From NCBI GenBank assembly GCA_031409275.1, contig JANNXA010000002.1:1-33344 (forward strand): DNA of 33,344 bases. Reading direction: 5' to 3'. A model generated the notes under the pieces. It saw only the letters and a program-made list of their open reading frames with translations. It was not told where the DNA came from and searched no databases. The translations under genes were made by a program, and so were the position numbers. This DNA is from Planctomycetota bacterium. Its GTDB lineage: Bacteria; Planctomycetota; B15-G4; SIAN01. Below are positions 7,271 through 17,224 of this stretch, in pieces. Position 1 is the stretch's first letter, and every line of letters starts with the position of its first letter.

Positions 7271-9076
7271 ATGGCCGACAAGAAGTACAAGCTTGAGCTG
7301 ACGTGGATCGGGAAAGAGAACCGGCCACGTCTCGAGCCGCGCATCCTGCTCGAAGATCCGTCGCTCTCCTATCACGCGAAGCAGCGCGTCACCGATCACG
7401 ACCACTTCGACAACATGCTGATCCAGGGCGACAACCTGCTCGCGCTCAAGGCGCTGGAGCAGCAGTTCGCAGGGAAGGTAAATTGCATCTACATCGATCC
7501 GCCGTTCAATACTCAGCAGGCCTTCGAACACTACGACGATGGCATTGAACACTCGCTCTGGCTCACATTGATGCGGGATCGACTAGTCCTGCTTCATCGC
7601 CTGCTTCACCCGAGCGGGTCGTTACTCATCCACATTGACGACAACGAACTTGGGTACCTAATTGCATTGACAGATGAGGTGTTTGGGCGTGGGAATCGAG
7701 TGTCCGTGATCACATTCAAGCAAAGCTCGGCATCGGGCCCAAAGGCAACCAATCCTGGCCTCGTAACGACGACGAACTTCATTCTGTTGTACGCAAAAGA
7801 ACGCGATCGCTGGTCGAGCAATCGAGTTTTCGTTCCGGCAGCGCGTGACGAGAGGTACTCCAAGTTCATTGACAACTATGAGGCCGGCGCAAGCGCGTGG
7901 AAACTCATCGGCCTTCGCGAAGCGTTCCTTCGAGCGGAGGGCTTTAGTAACTGGAATCAGGCGAAAGCGAAGCACGCCGACAAGATTGAGGCGAAAGTCA
8001 CCGCCTTCGTACTCGCCAATCCAGACCGCGTCGTGAGGACCGCTCGCGTGGCGTCGGGCGACGTCAATGAAGCGGCGAGGTTGGCACTTGCGGCCTCAAG
8101 CGAGACTCGCGATGTAGTTCAGATCAGTCGCCGAAGTGGCAAGGACGACTACTACTTCCTCAACGGTGAACAACTTGTCTTTTACAAAGCAAAGACACGA
8201 GTCCTTGACGGAGTGATCACCACCGCATCGCCGTTGAGCAATCTCTGGGACGACGTGTTGTCGAATAACCTTCACAATGAAGGTGGAGTGAGCTTCCCAA
8301 ACGGAAAGAAGCCGGAAGCGCTGATCAAACGAGCACTCGAGCTGACGACAAAGCCGGGCGACCTATTGTTGGACTCCTTCGCAGGCTCCGGTACCTCTGG
8401 CGCAGTAGCGCACAAGATGGGTCGTCGCTGGATCATGGTCGAACTCGGCGACCACGCCCAAACGCTCGTTGCTTTAAGATTGAAGAAGGTCGTCGATGGC
8501 GCCGACTCTGGCGGGATCTCCGAGTCCGTGAACTGGAAAGGCGGCGGCGGCTTCCGCTACTACCGCCTCGCTCCCTCGCTCCTCGAGCGCGACAAGTGGG
8601 ACAACTGGGTCGTCAGCAAGCAGTACAACAAAGAGATGCTCGCGGAGGCGGTCTGCAAGCTCGAAGGCTTCACCTACGCGCCGAGCAGCTCTCACTTCTG
8701 GATGCACGGCCAGTCGACCGAGCGCGACTTCATCTACGTCACGACGCAGTTCCTGACGCACGAGCAGCTCGCCGCCATCAGTGACGAGGTCGGACCCGAG
8801 CGAACGCTGCTCGTCTGCTGTTCGGCGTTCCGCGCCAAGCCCGACCAGTTTCCAAATCTCACGCTCAAGAAGATCCCGGCCGCCGTGCTGTCGCGCTGCG
8901 AATGGGGCAAGGACGACTACAGCCTCAACGTCGCCACCATCCAGGGTGAAGAGCCGCCGCCAGCCGTCGACGCGGCCGCGGCGGGATCGACGGAGGCACC
9001 GGCCACTGCGCGGCCACGTCGGAAGACGCGGTCGGTCCAGGAGTTCCCCTTGTTCGAGCGGAAGGGGGACCAGTGA
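7271..9076 (+). CDS. mod: Type III restriction-modification methyltransferase subunit (probable m6A)
   Basis: IQGDNLLAL, IYIDPPFNT (motif IV) before the target-recognition region and LDSFAGSGT (motif I), i.e. beta-class order. W.GGGGF tail. Stop overlaps the res start (GTGA). Confidence 0.93.
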   Translation: MADKKYKLELTWIGKENRPRLEPRILLEDPSLSYHAKQRVTDHDHFDNMLIQGDNLLALKALEQQFAGKVNCIYIDPPFNTQQAFEHYDDGIEHSLWLTLMRDRLVLLHRLLHPSGSLLIHIDDNELGYLIALTDEVFGRGNRVSVITFKQSSASGPKATNPGLVTTTNFILLYAKERDRWSSNRVFVPAARDERYSKFIDNYEAGASAWKLIGLREAFLRAEGFSNWNQAKAKHADKIEAKVTAFVLANPDRVVRTARVASGDVNEAARLALAASSETRDVVQISRRSGKDDYYFLNGEQLVFYKAKTRVLDGVITTASPLSNLWDDVLSNNLHNEGGVSFPNGKKPEALIKRALELTTKPGDLLLDSFAGSGTSGAVAHKMGRRWIMVELGDHAQTLVALRLKKVVDGADSGGISESVNWKGGGGFRYYRLAPSLLERDKWDNWVVSKQYNKEMLAEAVCKLEGFTYAPSSSHFWMHGQSTERDFIYVTTQFLTHEQLAAISDEVGPERTLLVCCSAFRAKPDQFPNLTLKKIPAAVLSRCEWGKDDYSLNVATIQGEEPPPAVDAAAAGSTEAPATARPRRKTRSVQEFPLFERKGDQ

Positions 9077-11805
9077 ACCCGACGCTCAACGCCATTGCGA
9101 GTCGGCTCAGCCTGCGCGCGCCGCAGCGCCGCTCGCTCGAGATCCTCGGTCGGCTGCTGGAACTCTCGAATCCCACGAAGAACGTCGATCTCGCCGCGTC
9201 GCTCGCGAACCTGCGCGCGGAGTTCCCGACGCTCGTCGACTTCGAGCGGGAATTCCTTTCGGTCTGCTTCGCGCTCGCGACTGGCGTCGGCAAGACCCGC
9301 CTGATGGGCGCGTTCATCGCCTACCTCGCGCTTACCGGCAAAAGCCGCCACTTCTTCGTGCTCGCGCCGAACCTGACCATCTACGACAAGCTCATCGCCG
9401 ACTTCAAGCCGGGGACATCGAAGTACGTCTTCCAAGGCATAGCCGAGTTCGTCACCGCGCCGCCCGTGGTGGTGACGGGAGAAAACTACGAGGCCGGTTA
9501 CGGCGTCCGTGCCGCGCTCGCTCCCGGACATCTGCCGCTGCGCGGTTCGTTCGACGAGGCGATCCACGTCAACGTCTTCAATATCTCGAAGATCAACTCC
9601 GATGTCCGCTCGTCGCAGCGTGGCGGCAATCCGCCACGGATCAAGCGCCTCGCCGAGTACATCGGCGAGTCATACTTCGAATACCTTGCAAACCTCCCCG
9701 ACCTCGTCCTACTGATGGACGAGTCGCACCGCTACCGCGCCGATGCCGGCACGAAGGCGATCAACGAGCTCAAGCCCATCCTCGGACTGGAGCTGACGGC
9801 GACGCCCTTCACCGAGTCGGCCAAGGGGCCGGTGCCGTTCAAGAATGTGATCTACAGCTACCCGCTCGCGCAAGCCATTGCGGACGGCTTCGTCAAGGAA
9901 CCGGCGGTCGCGACCCGCAAGGACTTCGACGCCAGCAAGCTCACTCCGGAGCAGCTCGAGCGGATCAAGATCGAGGACGCCGTGCGCCTGCACGAGCAGG
10001 TGAAGACCGACCTCAGGATCTACGCCAACCAGAACGACAAGGCGATCGTCAAACCGTTCATGCTCGTCATTGCCCGCGACACCGAGCACGCTGGTCGCCT
10101 GATCGAGGCGTTCAAGTCGCCGTCCTTCTTCGATGGGCGCTACGCCGACAAGGTGATCCAGGTCCACTCGGCGCTGACCGGCGAAGAGAAGGACGAGACG
10201 GTGCAGCGGCTCCTCGCCGTCGAGTCGGCCAGCGAGCCGACCGAGATCGTCATCCACGTCAACATGCTGAAGGAAGGCTGGGACGTCACCAACCTCTACA
10301 CCATCGTCCCGCTGCGCGCCGCCAATGCGCGGACGCTGATCGAGCAGTCGATCGGCCGCGGTCTTCGCCTTCCGTACGGCAAGCGCGTGGGCGTTCCGGC
10401 CGTCGATCGCCTCACGATTGTCGCGCACGACCGCTTCCAGGAGATCGTCGACGAGGCGAATCGCGGCGACTCGATCATCAAGAACGTGCAGACGATCGTG
10501 CTCGACCCGGATGGCGCGCCGCTGCCGAAGCAGATCATCGAGGTGGCGCCGATGATCGATGCGATCGTCTCGGGAAGGCCGTCCATCGCGCTTCCGCTGT
10601 CGTCGACTGGGGCGGCGCACGATGAGACGGTCGCGGCGTTGTTCCAGAAGCCGGGGGAGCTGGAGCTCGCGCGCGCGACGCTGTCGGCCATTCACGCGCA
10701 GTCGGGCGTCCGCACTTCATCTGAACTGCTCACCCCGGAGAACCAGGCGAAGCTCCTCGCGAACGCGATGTCGCTCCGCCCAGTGCAACCGAGCCTTCCC
10801 TATGCCAAGGTCGACGATCCGATGGCGGTCGTCGCCGAAGCGACGAATCTCCACCTCAAGCACACGATCGACATCCCGCGGATCACGGTCGTTCCGATCG
10901 ACGAGGTCGTGGCGGGATTCACGCCGTTCGATCTCGACTGCTCTGGTCTCCAGCTTCAGCCCGTCGCCGAGGACATCCTCATCCAGCACCTGCAGAGCCA
11001 TCAGCAGGAACAGCTGTCTGTAACCGATCACGGCGTCGCCGAAGTACGGCTCGAGAACTACATCGTGCGCGCGCTGGTTGACTATGCGGAGGTCGACTAC
11101 GACTCGAACGCCGACCTCCTGTATCGACTCGCCGGTCAGGCGATCGCCCACCTGCGCTCGTACCTGAAGAACGACGACGAAGTCCGCAACGTGCTGCTCT
11201 ATCACCAGTCACGGATCGGAGCCCTGATCCAAGCGCAGCTCGAACGTCACCGATTCGAACGCACTGCGGGCTTCGAGCCGAAGGTGACCAAAGGGTTCAC
11301 GCCACTGCGCACAACTCCTTATTCGATCGTTCCCGGCGACCCCCCGAGGGAATTCCGAGCTCCTGTCGAGGCCAAGAGAAACATCGATCAGCTGCTTTTC
11401 TGCGGCTTCAAGAAGTGCCTCTATCCGCTCCAGCGTTTCCAATCCGATCCGGAGCGGCGCTTCGCCGTCGTCCTGGAGAACGACGGCTCGGCACTCAAGT
11501 GGGTCAAGCCCGCGAAGGGCACGATCGCAATCACGCTGCGTGGCGGCTCGCAGTACGAACCCGATTTCGTGGTCGAGACCAGGACGGCGCGATTCCTCGT
11601 CGAGGTCAAGCGATCCGATCAGCTCGCAGAAGATGGCGTGGTCGCACGCGCCCGTGCCGCCACGATGTGGTGCAAGCATGCAACCGACCATACGAGGACC
11701 ACGGATGGAAAGCGGTGGGGCTACGCGCTGATCCGTGACACCGCCATCAAGGAGAACATGAGCTTCGATGGGCTGGTGGCGGAGTTTGAGCAACACGCGA
11801 CGTGA
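9073..11805 (+). CDS. res: Type III restriction endonuclease subunit
   Basis: ATGVGKT, DESHRY, LTATP, MLKEGWD, QSIGRGLR helicase motifs. C-terminal YEPDFVVE...LVEVK nuclease motif. Confidence 0.93.
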   Translation: MNPTLNAIASRLSLRAPQRRSLEILGRLLELSNPTKNVDLAASLANLRAEFPTLVDFEREFLSVCFALATGVGKTRLMGAFIAYLALTGKSRHFFVLAPNLTIYDKLIADFKPGTSKYVFQGIAEFVTAPPVVVTGENYEAGYGVRAALAPGHLPLRGSFDEAIHVNVFNISKINSDVRSSQRGGNPPRIKRLAEYIGESYFEYLANLPDLVLLMDESHRYRADAGTKAINELKPILGLELTATPFTESAKGPVPFKNVIYSYPLAQAIADGFVKEPAVATRKDFDASKLTPEQLERIKIEDAVRLHEQVKTDLRIYANQNDKAIVKPFMLVIARDTEHAGRLIEAFKSPSFFDGRYADKVIQVHSALTGEEKDETVQRLLAVESASEPTEIVIHVNMLKEGWDVTNLYTIVPLRAANARTLIEQSIGRGLRLPYGKRVGVPAVDRLTIVAHDRFQEIVDEANRGDSIIKNVQTIVLDPDGAPLPKQIIEVAPMIDAIVSGRPSIALPLSSTGAAHDETVAALFQKPGELELARATLSAIHAQSGVRTSSELLTPENQAKLLANAMSLRPVQPSLPYAKVDDPMAVVAEATNLHLKHTIDIPRITVVPIDEVVAGFTPFDLDCSGLQLQPVAEDILIQHLQSHQQEQLSVTDHGVAEVRLENYIVRALVDYAEVDYDSNADLLYRLAGQAIAHLRSYLKNDDEVRNVLLYHQSRIGALIQAQLERHRFERTAGFEPKVTKGFTPLRTTPYSIVPGDPPREFRAPVEAKRNIDQLLFCGFKKCLYPLQRFQSDPERRFAVVLENDGSALKWVKPAKGTIAITLRGGSQYEPDFVVETRTARFLVEVKRSDQLAEDGVVARARAATMWCKHATDHTRTTDGKRWGYALIRDTAIKENMSFDGLVAEFEQHAT

Positions 11806-11887
11806 CCGGAAGGGAGCGTGGCCCGGGGCGGTTACTGGTGACGAGCGTGAAGCCGGGGTCGGAGTTCCTCGACGATCTGGGGCGCAA

Positions 11888-14800
11888 GTGACTCTCACGA
11901 CGGAGATCGCGGTTCGCTGCCTTTCCCTCGATCTCGAGATCCATCCCCGCGACGAGACGATCGATCAGATCGGCGCGGTGCGCGGCGATCGCGAGGAGTC
12001 GTTCCGGTGGGAGCGCTCGCGGTCGAAGGAGGATCTATCGAAGGCGCTGGAGCGACTTGACGACTTCGCGCGCGGCAGCGAGTTTCTGCTCGGCCACAAC
12101 CTGATCGCCTTCGACGCGCCGCGCTTGCGAGCGGTCGCACCCGGGCTCCGCCTACTCGAGCTGCCGATGCTCGATACGTTGCGGCTCAACCCGCTCGCGT
12201 TCCCCAAGCACCCGTATCACAGCCTCGTCAAGCACTACCAGGATGGAAAGTTGCTGACGGGGCGACGCAACGACCCCGAGGCCGACGCGCGCATCGCGCT
12301 CCAGCTCTTCCGCGAGCAGTGCGATCGATTCGCAGCACTCGTGGGCGAGGCGCCAGACCTGCTTGCGGCTTGGCACCAGCTCACCGGGGTGGGCGTCGAG
12401 GGCGCTGGCTTCGACCGCCTCTTCGCGGAGATCCGCCGAGCACGCCGTCCCTCGACAGGCGAGGCTGCCGCTGCGATCGCGGGCTGGCTCGATGGGCGCG
12501 CATGTCGGACGCGCGCAGCGAAGCTGCTGGACCGATCGGACGACGAGGCCGACTGGCCGTTGGCATTTGCGCTCGCGTGGATCTCGGTCGCCGGCGGCAA
12601 CTCGGTGCTGGCGCCCTGGGTGCTGCATCAGTTCCCGGCCGCTGCGGAGCGGATCGCCGAGCTGCGCGATCGCGCGTGCCAGGAGAGCGGCTGCGCGTGG
12701 TGCCGCGAACATTTCGACTCGCGGCGCTCGCTCCAACGCTGGTTCAAGTTCGCGGACTTTCGGCAGGAACCGAAGGGGCCGGACGGCGCGCCGCTCCAGA
12801 AGGCCATCATCGACGCCGCGATGGCCGGGGACCACGTACTGGGGATCCTCCCGACCGGCACCGGCAAGTCGATCTGCTACCAGTTGCCGGCGCTCGCCCG
12901 GTTCGAGCATCGTGGCGCGCTCACGGTGGTCATCTCGCCGCTCGTCGCGTTGATGACTGACCAAGTGGACGGCCTTCAGCGCCGCGGAATCGCGAGCGCC
13001 GCCGCGATCACGGGGCTGTTGTCGATGCCCGAGCGCGGCGCTGCGCTCGATCGCGTCCGGCTCGGCGACGTCGCAATCCTGCTCGTATCACCGGAACAGT
13101 TGCGCAGCCGCGCGGTACGCAGCGTCCTCGACCAGCGCGAGATTGCCGCGTGGGTGCTCGATGAGGCGCACTGCCTCTCGAAATGGGGTCCCGACTTTCG
13201 CCCCGACTACCGCTACGTCGGCCGCTTCATCCGTGATCGGGCGCGCGGCCGCCCGTCGCCGCCGCTCCTCGCGCTCACGGCGACGGCGAAACGCGACGTC
13301 GTCGAGGAGATCGTCGCGTACTTCCGCAAGGAGCTGGCGCTCGAGATGCGGGTCTTCGACGGCGGCGCGGAGCGCACCAACCTCGCATTCGAGGTCGTGA
13401 AGACCGAACCGGAGCGTCGGATCGCCGACATCGAGCAGTTGTTGCGATCGGATCTCCTCGACCACGGCAAGGGCGGAGCGATCATCTACTGCTCGACGCG
13501 CCGGCGCACGGAGGAGGTCGCGGCAGCACTGAGCGAACGCGGGATCGGGGCGGCGCACTACCACGCCGGGCTGACGCCGGAGCTGAAGAAGGATCTCCTG
13601 AAGCGCTTCATCGGCGGCGAGCTGCGCGTGATGACGGCGACGAACGCCTTCGGCATGGGAATCGACAAGGACGACGTGCGACTCGTGATCCACGCCGATC
13701 TCCCGGGCTCGCTCGAGAACTATCTCCAGGAGGCCGGTCGTGCCGGGCGCGACGAGAAGCCCGCCCGCTGCGTGCTGATGTGGAACGCGGACGACGTCGA
13801 GCGGCAGTTCCGGATGTCGGAACGGTCGAATCTCTCGCGACGCGAGATCGAGGCGATCCTCCGGGCAATCGAGCGGATCGACAAGCGGCGCCGGCTCGGG
13901 GGCGAGATCGTCGCAACTACCGGTGAAATCCTCGCGCACGAGAGCGACGGCGAGCTGCTGCGCGACGGTGTCACGGACGACACGCGCGTCCGTACCGCGA
14001 TCTCGTGGCTCGAAGAGGCAAAGCTGCTCGAGCGAAACGAGAATCGCGTCGAGGTCTTCCCGGCGTCGCTCCGCGTGAAGGACCTCGACGAGGCGAAGCG
14101 CGCCCTCGTGGCGCGTGGCGTGGTCGAACCGTGGCTTGGCGCGATGACTGCCATCGTGCGCGAGCTGCTCTCGTCGCCGCCCGATCGCGGCCTTTCGACC
14201 GACGAGCTGATGGCCGTCGCCGGCATGACCTCCGACCAGATCAAGAAGGCGCTCCGCGATCTCGAGAGATGCGGGATCGCGACCGATGACACCCAGCTCA
14301 CGGCATTCGTCCATGTCGGGGTCGATCGCTCCTCGAAGTCGAGGCTCGATGAGGTCGTCGCCCTCGAGCGCGCACTTCTCGATCTCCTGTCCGAACTGGC
14401 TCCGGACGCCGGAAAGGGCGAGACTGTCCCGCTCTACATCCGGCGCGTTACGCAGTCGCTGAAGGACTCGGGGTTCGAGCGCACCCTGCCAGAGCACGTC
14501 TGGCGGCTCTTGCGGAGCATCGCGGAAGACGGGCGTGAGGAGAGCGGGGCAGCGGGAAGCTTCGGCCTCCGGCGCGACGACTCGGAGGTGGCCCGGGTCG
14601 AGCTGCGCCGCGATTGGTCGGCCGTGCGCGATCTCGCCGCACGACGCCGTGCCGGTGCGGGTCGCCTGCTCGACCACTTCCTCTCGAATCTGCCGGAACG
14701 CGCGCGCGGCCTCGACCAGCGCGTTGAGACGACGCTCGGTGCGCTGCGGCGCGCGCTTGAGGACGACCTCCTTCTGAAGGCACAGGCGCGCGACCTCTCG

Positions 14801-17107
14801 CGACTTCTCGATCGCTCCTTGCTGTGGCTCCACGAGCAGGAGGTGCTCCGGCTCGGCAAGGGACTGACGATCTTCTGCCCGGCGATGACGATCCGGCTCC
14901 CGGCCGAGCGGCGCCGGTTCGCTGCGGACGACTTCGAGCCGCTCAGCGCCCACTACCGCGAGAAACGGGCGCAGATCCATGTCATGGCGGCCTATGCCTC
15001 AAGAGGCATCGCGGCGATCGCGGACGCGCTGCGGCTCGTCCATGACTACTTCCATCTTGTTCGAGCCGCCTTCCTCGCGAAGTGGCTGCCGGGCTCGGAG
15101 GAAGAGATCGCACGACCGACGACCCGTGAGTCGTGGAACGCGATCGTCGAGGAGCTGAGTCCAGTCCAGCGCCGGATCGTCGCCGACGAGCGTGAGCGCG
15201 CGAACGTCCTGGTGCTCGCCGGCCCCGGCTCGGGGAAGACCCGCGTCCTGGTGCATCGCATCGCGTACCTCGTTCGCGTGCGGCGCGAGGAGCCGCGCGG
15301 AATCCTGGCACTCGCCTACAACCGCCACGCGGCCGTCGCAATTCGCCAGCGACTTGAAGCGCTGATCGGGGATGACGCCCGCGGAGTCACCGTTCTCACC
15401 TGCCACGCACTGGCGATGCGGCTCGCCGGCGTTGCACTCGACGGAGCGCGCGGGCACATCGACGAGGACTTCTTCGACGCGATCCTCGAACGCGCCACCG
15501 CTCTGCTGCGTGGCGATGGCATGTCGGCCGACGATGCCGATGAACAGCGATCTCGCCTCCTCGCCGGCTTCCGATGGATCTTGGTCGACGAGTACCAGGA
15601 CATCGCTGCGCCGCAGTACGACCTCGTCGCGGCACTCGCCGGCCGGACGCTGAACGACAAGGAGGATGACCGGCGTCTCAACCTCTTCGCCGTTGGCGAC
15701 GACGACCAGAACATCTACTCGTTCAAAGGCGCGTCCGTCGAGTTCATCCGCCGCTTCGAGACCGACTATCAGGCCAAGTCGGCCCACCTGATCGAGAACT
15801 ATCGCTCGACGGCGCACATCATTGCGGCCTCGAATGCGCTGATCGCGCCGGCAGCGGCGCGGATGAAGGCCGACCGTCCGATCACGATCAACCGAGATCG
15901 CCGCGCACAGCCGGCAGGTGGTGATTGGGAGACGCTCGACCCGGTCGCGCGCGGCAAGGTGCAACTGCTGCCGGTCGGTCCTGATCCATGCACCCAAGCA
16001 GTCGCCGTCGTGGCGGAGCTGCGACGGCTTGCGTCGGTCGCTCCGAAGTGGGACTGGTCGCAGGTCGCCGTGATCGCGCCCCAGTGGCGGTTCCTCGAAC
16101 CGGTGCGCAACGAGTGCGCTCGGCTCGGCATCGCCGCACAGATGGCGGACGAGGAGCTTCCGAAACTCTTCCGAATGCGCGAGGGCGACGCATTCCTCAC
16201 CTGGATGCGCGGGCTGCGTCCGGCACCGTTCAATGCAGCCGTCGTGCAGGGCTGGATCGAGAACCAGAATCGTGGACCGTGGTGGTCCTGCGTGCGCGAG
16301 GCGGTAGCGGAGTACGTCGCCGAGCACCGCCTGAGCGCGACAACGGGGGCCGAGACACGGTCGGGTGAGTCGCCTCCGCGTGCGGCATTGGCGATGCCGA
16401 TCGATCACTTCGTCGAATGGTTCCACGAGTGGTGCCGGGAGCTCCGGCGGAGAACGAAGGGGCTGCTCCTGCTGACCGCCCATCGCGCGAAGGGGCTCGA
16501 GTTCGACCACGTCGTCGTACTCGACGGAAACTGGGATCGTCGCGGCGGCGGCGAGGATCCAGACGCCGCTCGCCGGCTCTACTACGTTGCGATGACGCGG
16601 GCGCGCCGAACGCTGCTCCTCGCCCGTGGCGACCGAAACGACGATGGGCGACGAGGTTCCCAAAGCGTCGTCGACGAGCCGTTTCCGTTCGACGCATTCG
16701 TCGGCTGCCCTGCGATCATCCGTCGCGAGGCCACGCCGTTGCCTGCTCCAGCGCCGGAGCTTCGTCGAAGCGTGCGGACTTTGACGCTCGCCGAGGTCGA
16801 TCTCGACTTCGCTGGGCGCCACGCTCCCGATCACCCGATTCATCGTGCGATTGCGGAGCTGAGGTGCGGCGATCCACTTGAGGCGGTTCGCGAGGTCGAT
16901 CGGATCGTCGTGCAAGATCGATCGGGTCGGACGGTCGGCCGACTGGCGTCAAAGTTCGAGGTGCCGGTCGATCAGCGGATTCGCGCTTCCGTCGCCGCGA
17001 TCGTCGTTCGCACGCGACGTGACTGTCGGCCTGAGTTCGAGCGGTCGATTCGAGCGGAGCGGTGGGAGCTGGTGGTGCCCGAGATCACGATTGATCCGAA
17101 TCCGTAG
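11888..17107 (+). CDS. Multidomain DEDD-like exonuclease / RecQ-family helicase / UvrD-Rep-family helicase fusion (about 1740 aa)
   Basis: N-terminal DLE...GHNLIAFD...DTL...D. RecQ motifs PTGTGKS, DEAHC.S.WG.DFRP.Y, TATA, FGMGID, QEAGRAGRD. SF1 motifs AGPGSGKT, DEYQD, VGDDDQNIY, NYRS, TAHRAKGLEF, YVAMTRAR. The start (GTG 11888) is uncertain. Confidence 0.9.
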   Translation: MTLTTEIAVRCLSLDLEIHPRDETIDQIGAVRGDREESFRWERSRSKEDLSKALERLDDFARGSEFLLGHNLIAFDAPRLRAVAPGLRLLELPMLDTLRLNPLAFPKHPYHSLVKHYQDGKLLTGRRNDPEADARIALQLFREQCDRFAALVGEAPDLLAAWHQLTGVGVEGAGFDRLFAEIRRARRPSTGEAAAAIAGWLDGRACRTRAAKLLDRSDDEADWPLAFALAWISVAGGNSVLAPWVLHQFPAAAERIAELRDRACQESGCAWCREHFDSRRSLQRWFKFADFRQEPKGPDGAPLQKAIIDAAMAGDHVLGILPTGTGKSICYQLPALARFEHRGALTVVISPLVALMTDQVDGLQRRGIASAAAITGLLSMPERGAALDRVRLGDVAILLVSPEQLRSRAVRSVLDQREIAAWVLDEAHCLSKWGPDFRPDYRYVGRFIRDRARGRPSPPLLALTATAKRDVVEEIVAYFRKELALEMRVFDGGAERTNLAFEVVKTEPERRIADIEQLLRSDLLDHGKGGAIIYCSTRRRTEEVAAALSERGIGAAHYHAGLTPELKKDLLKRFIGGELRVMTATNAFGMGIDKDDVRLVIHADLPGSLENYLQEAGRAGRDEKPARCVLMWNADDVERQFRMSERSNLSRREIEAILRAIERIDKRRRLGGEIVATTGEILAHESDGELLRDGVTDDTRVRTAISWLEEAKLLERNENRVEVFPASLRVKDLDEAKRALVARGVVEPWLGAMTAIVRELLSSPPDRGLSTDELMAVAGMTSDQIKKALRDLERCGIATDDTQLTAFVHVGVDRSSKSRLDEVVALERALLDLLSELAPDAGKGETVPLYIRRVTQSLKDSGFERTLPEHVWRLLRSIAEDGREESGAAGSFGLRRDDSEVARVELRRDWSAVRDLAARRRAGAGRLLDHFLSNLPERARGLDQRVETTLGALRRALEDDLLLKAQARDLSRLLDRSLLWLHEQEVLRLGKGLTIFCPAMTIRLPAERRRFAADDFEPLSAHYREKRAQIHVMAAYASRGIAAIADALRLVHDYFHLVRAAFLAKWLPGSEEEIARPTTRESWNAIVEELSPVQRRIVADERERANVLVLAGPGSGKTRVLVHRIAYLVRVRREEPRGILALAYNRHAAVAIRQRLEALIGDDARGVTVLTCHALAMRLAGVALDGARGHIDEDFFDAILERATALLRGDGMSADDADEQRSRLLAGFRWILVDEYQDIAAPQYDLVAALAGRTLNDKEDDRRLNLFAVGDDDQNIYSFKGASVEFIRRFETDYQAKSAHLIENYRSTAHIIAASNALIAPAAARMKADRPITINRDRRAQPAGGDWETLDPVARGKVQLLPVGPDPCTQAVAVVAELRRLASVAPKWDWSQVAVIAPQWRFLEPVRNECARLGIAAQMADEELPKLFRMREGDAFLTWMRGLRPAPFNAAVVQGWIENQNRGPWWSCVREAVAEYVAEHRLSATTGAETRSGESPPRAALAMPIDHFVEWFHEWCRELRRRTKGLLLLTAHRAKGLEFDHVVVLDGNWDRRGGGEDPDAARRLYYVAMTRARRTLLLARGDRNDDGRRGSQSVVDEPFPFDAFVGCPAIIRREATPLPAPAPELRRSVRTLTLAEVDLDFAGRHAPDHPIHRAIAELRCGDPLEAVREVDRIVVQDRSGRTVGRLASKFEVPVDQRIRASVAAIVVRTRRDCRPEFERSIRAERWELVVPEITIDPNP

Positions 17108-17224
17108 CCGCGCCTCGGATGTCCGCGACGGCGCGATCAGACGGAGTTGCCCGCCATTGTCTTGGGTGTGGAGAGGTCAACTCACTGGCGCGTCGCTCCT
17201 CGAAGGGGCGTAGGAGCACGGACC

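Noticed and set aside
5391..16915. Long antisense ORFs (e.g. 5391-7328, 13088-14980, 14999-16915)
   Set aside because: These are shadow frames of GC3-biased genes on the opposite strand, with no motifs.
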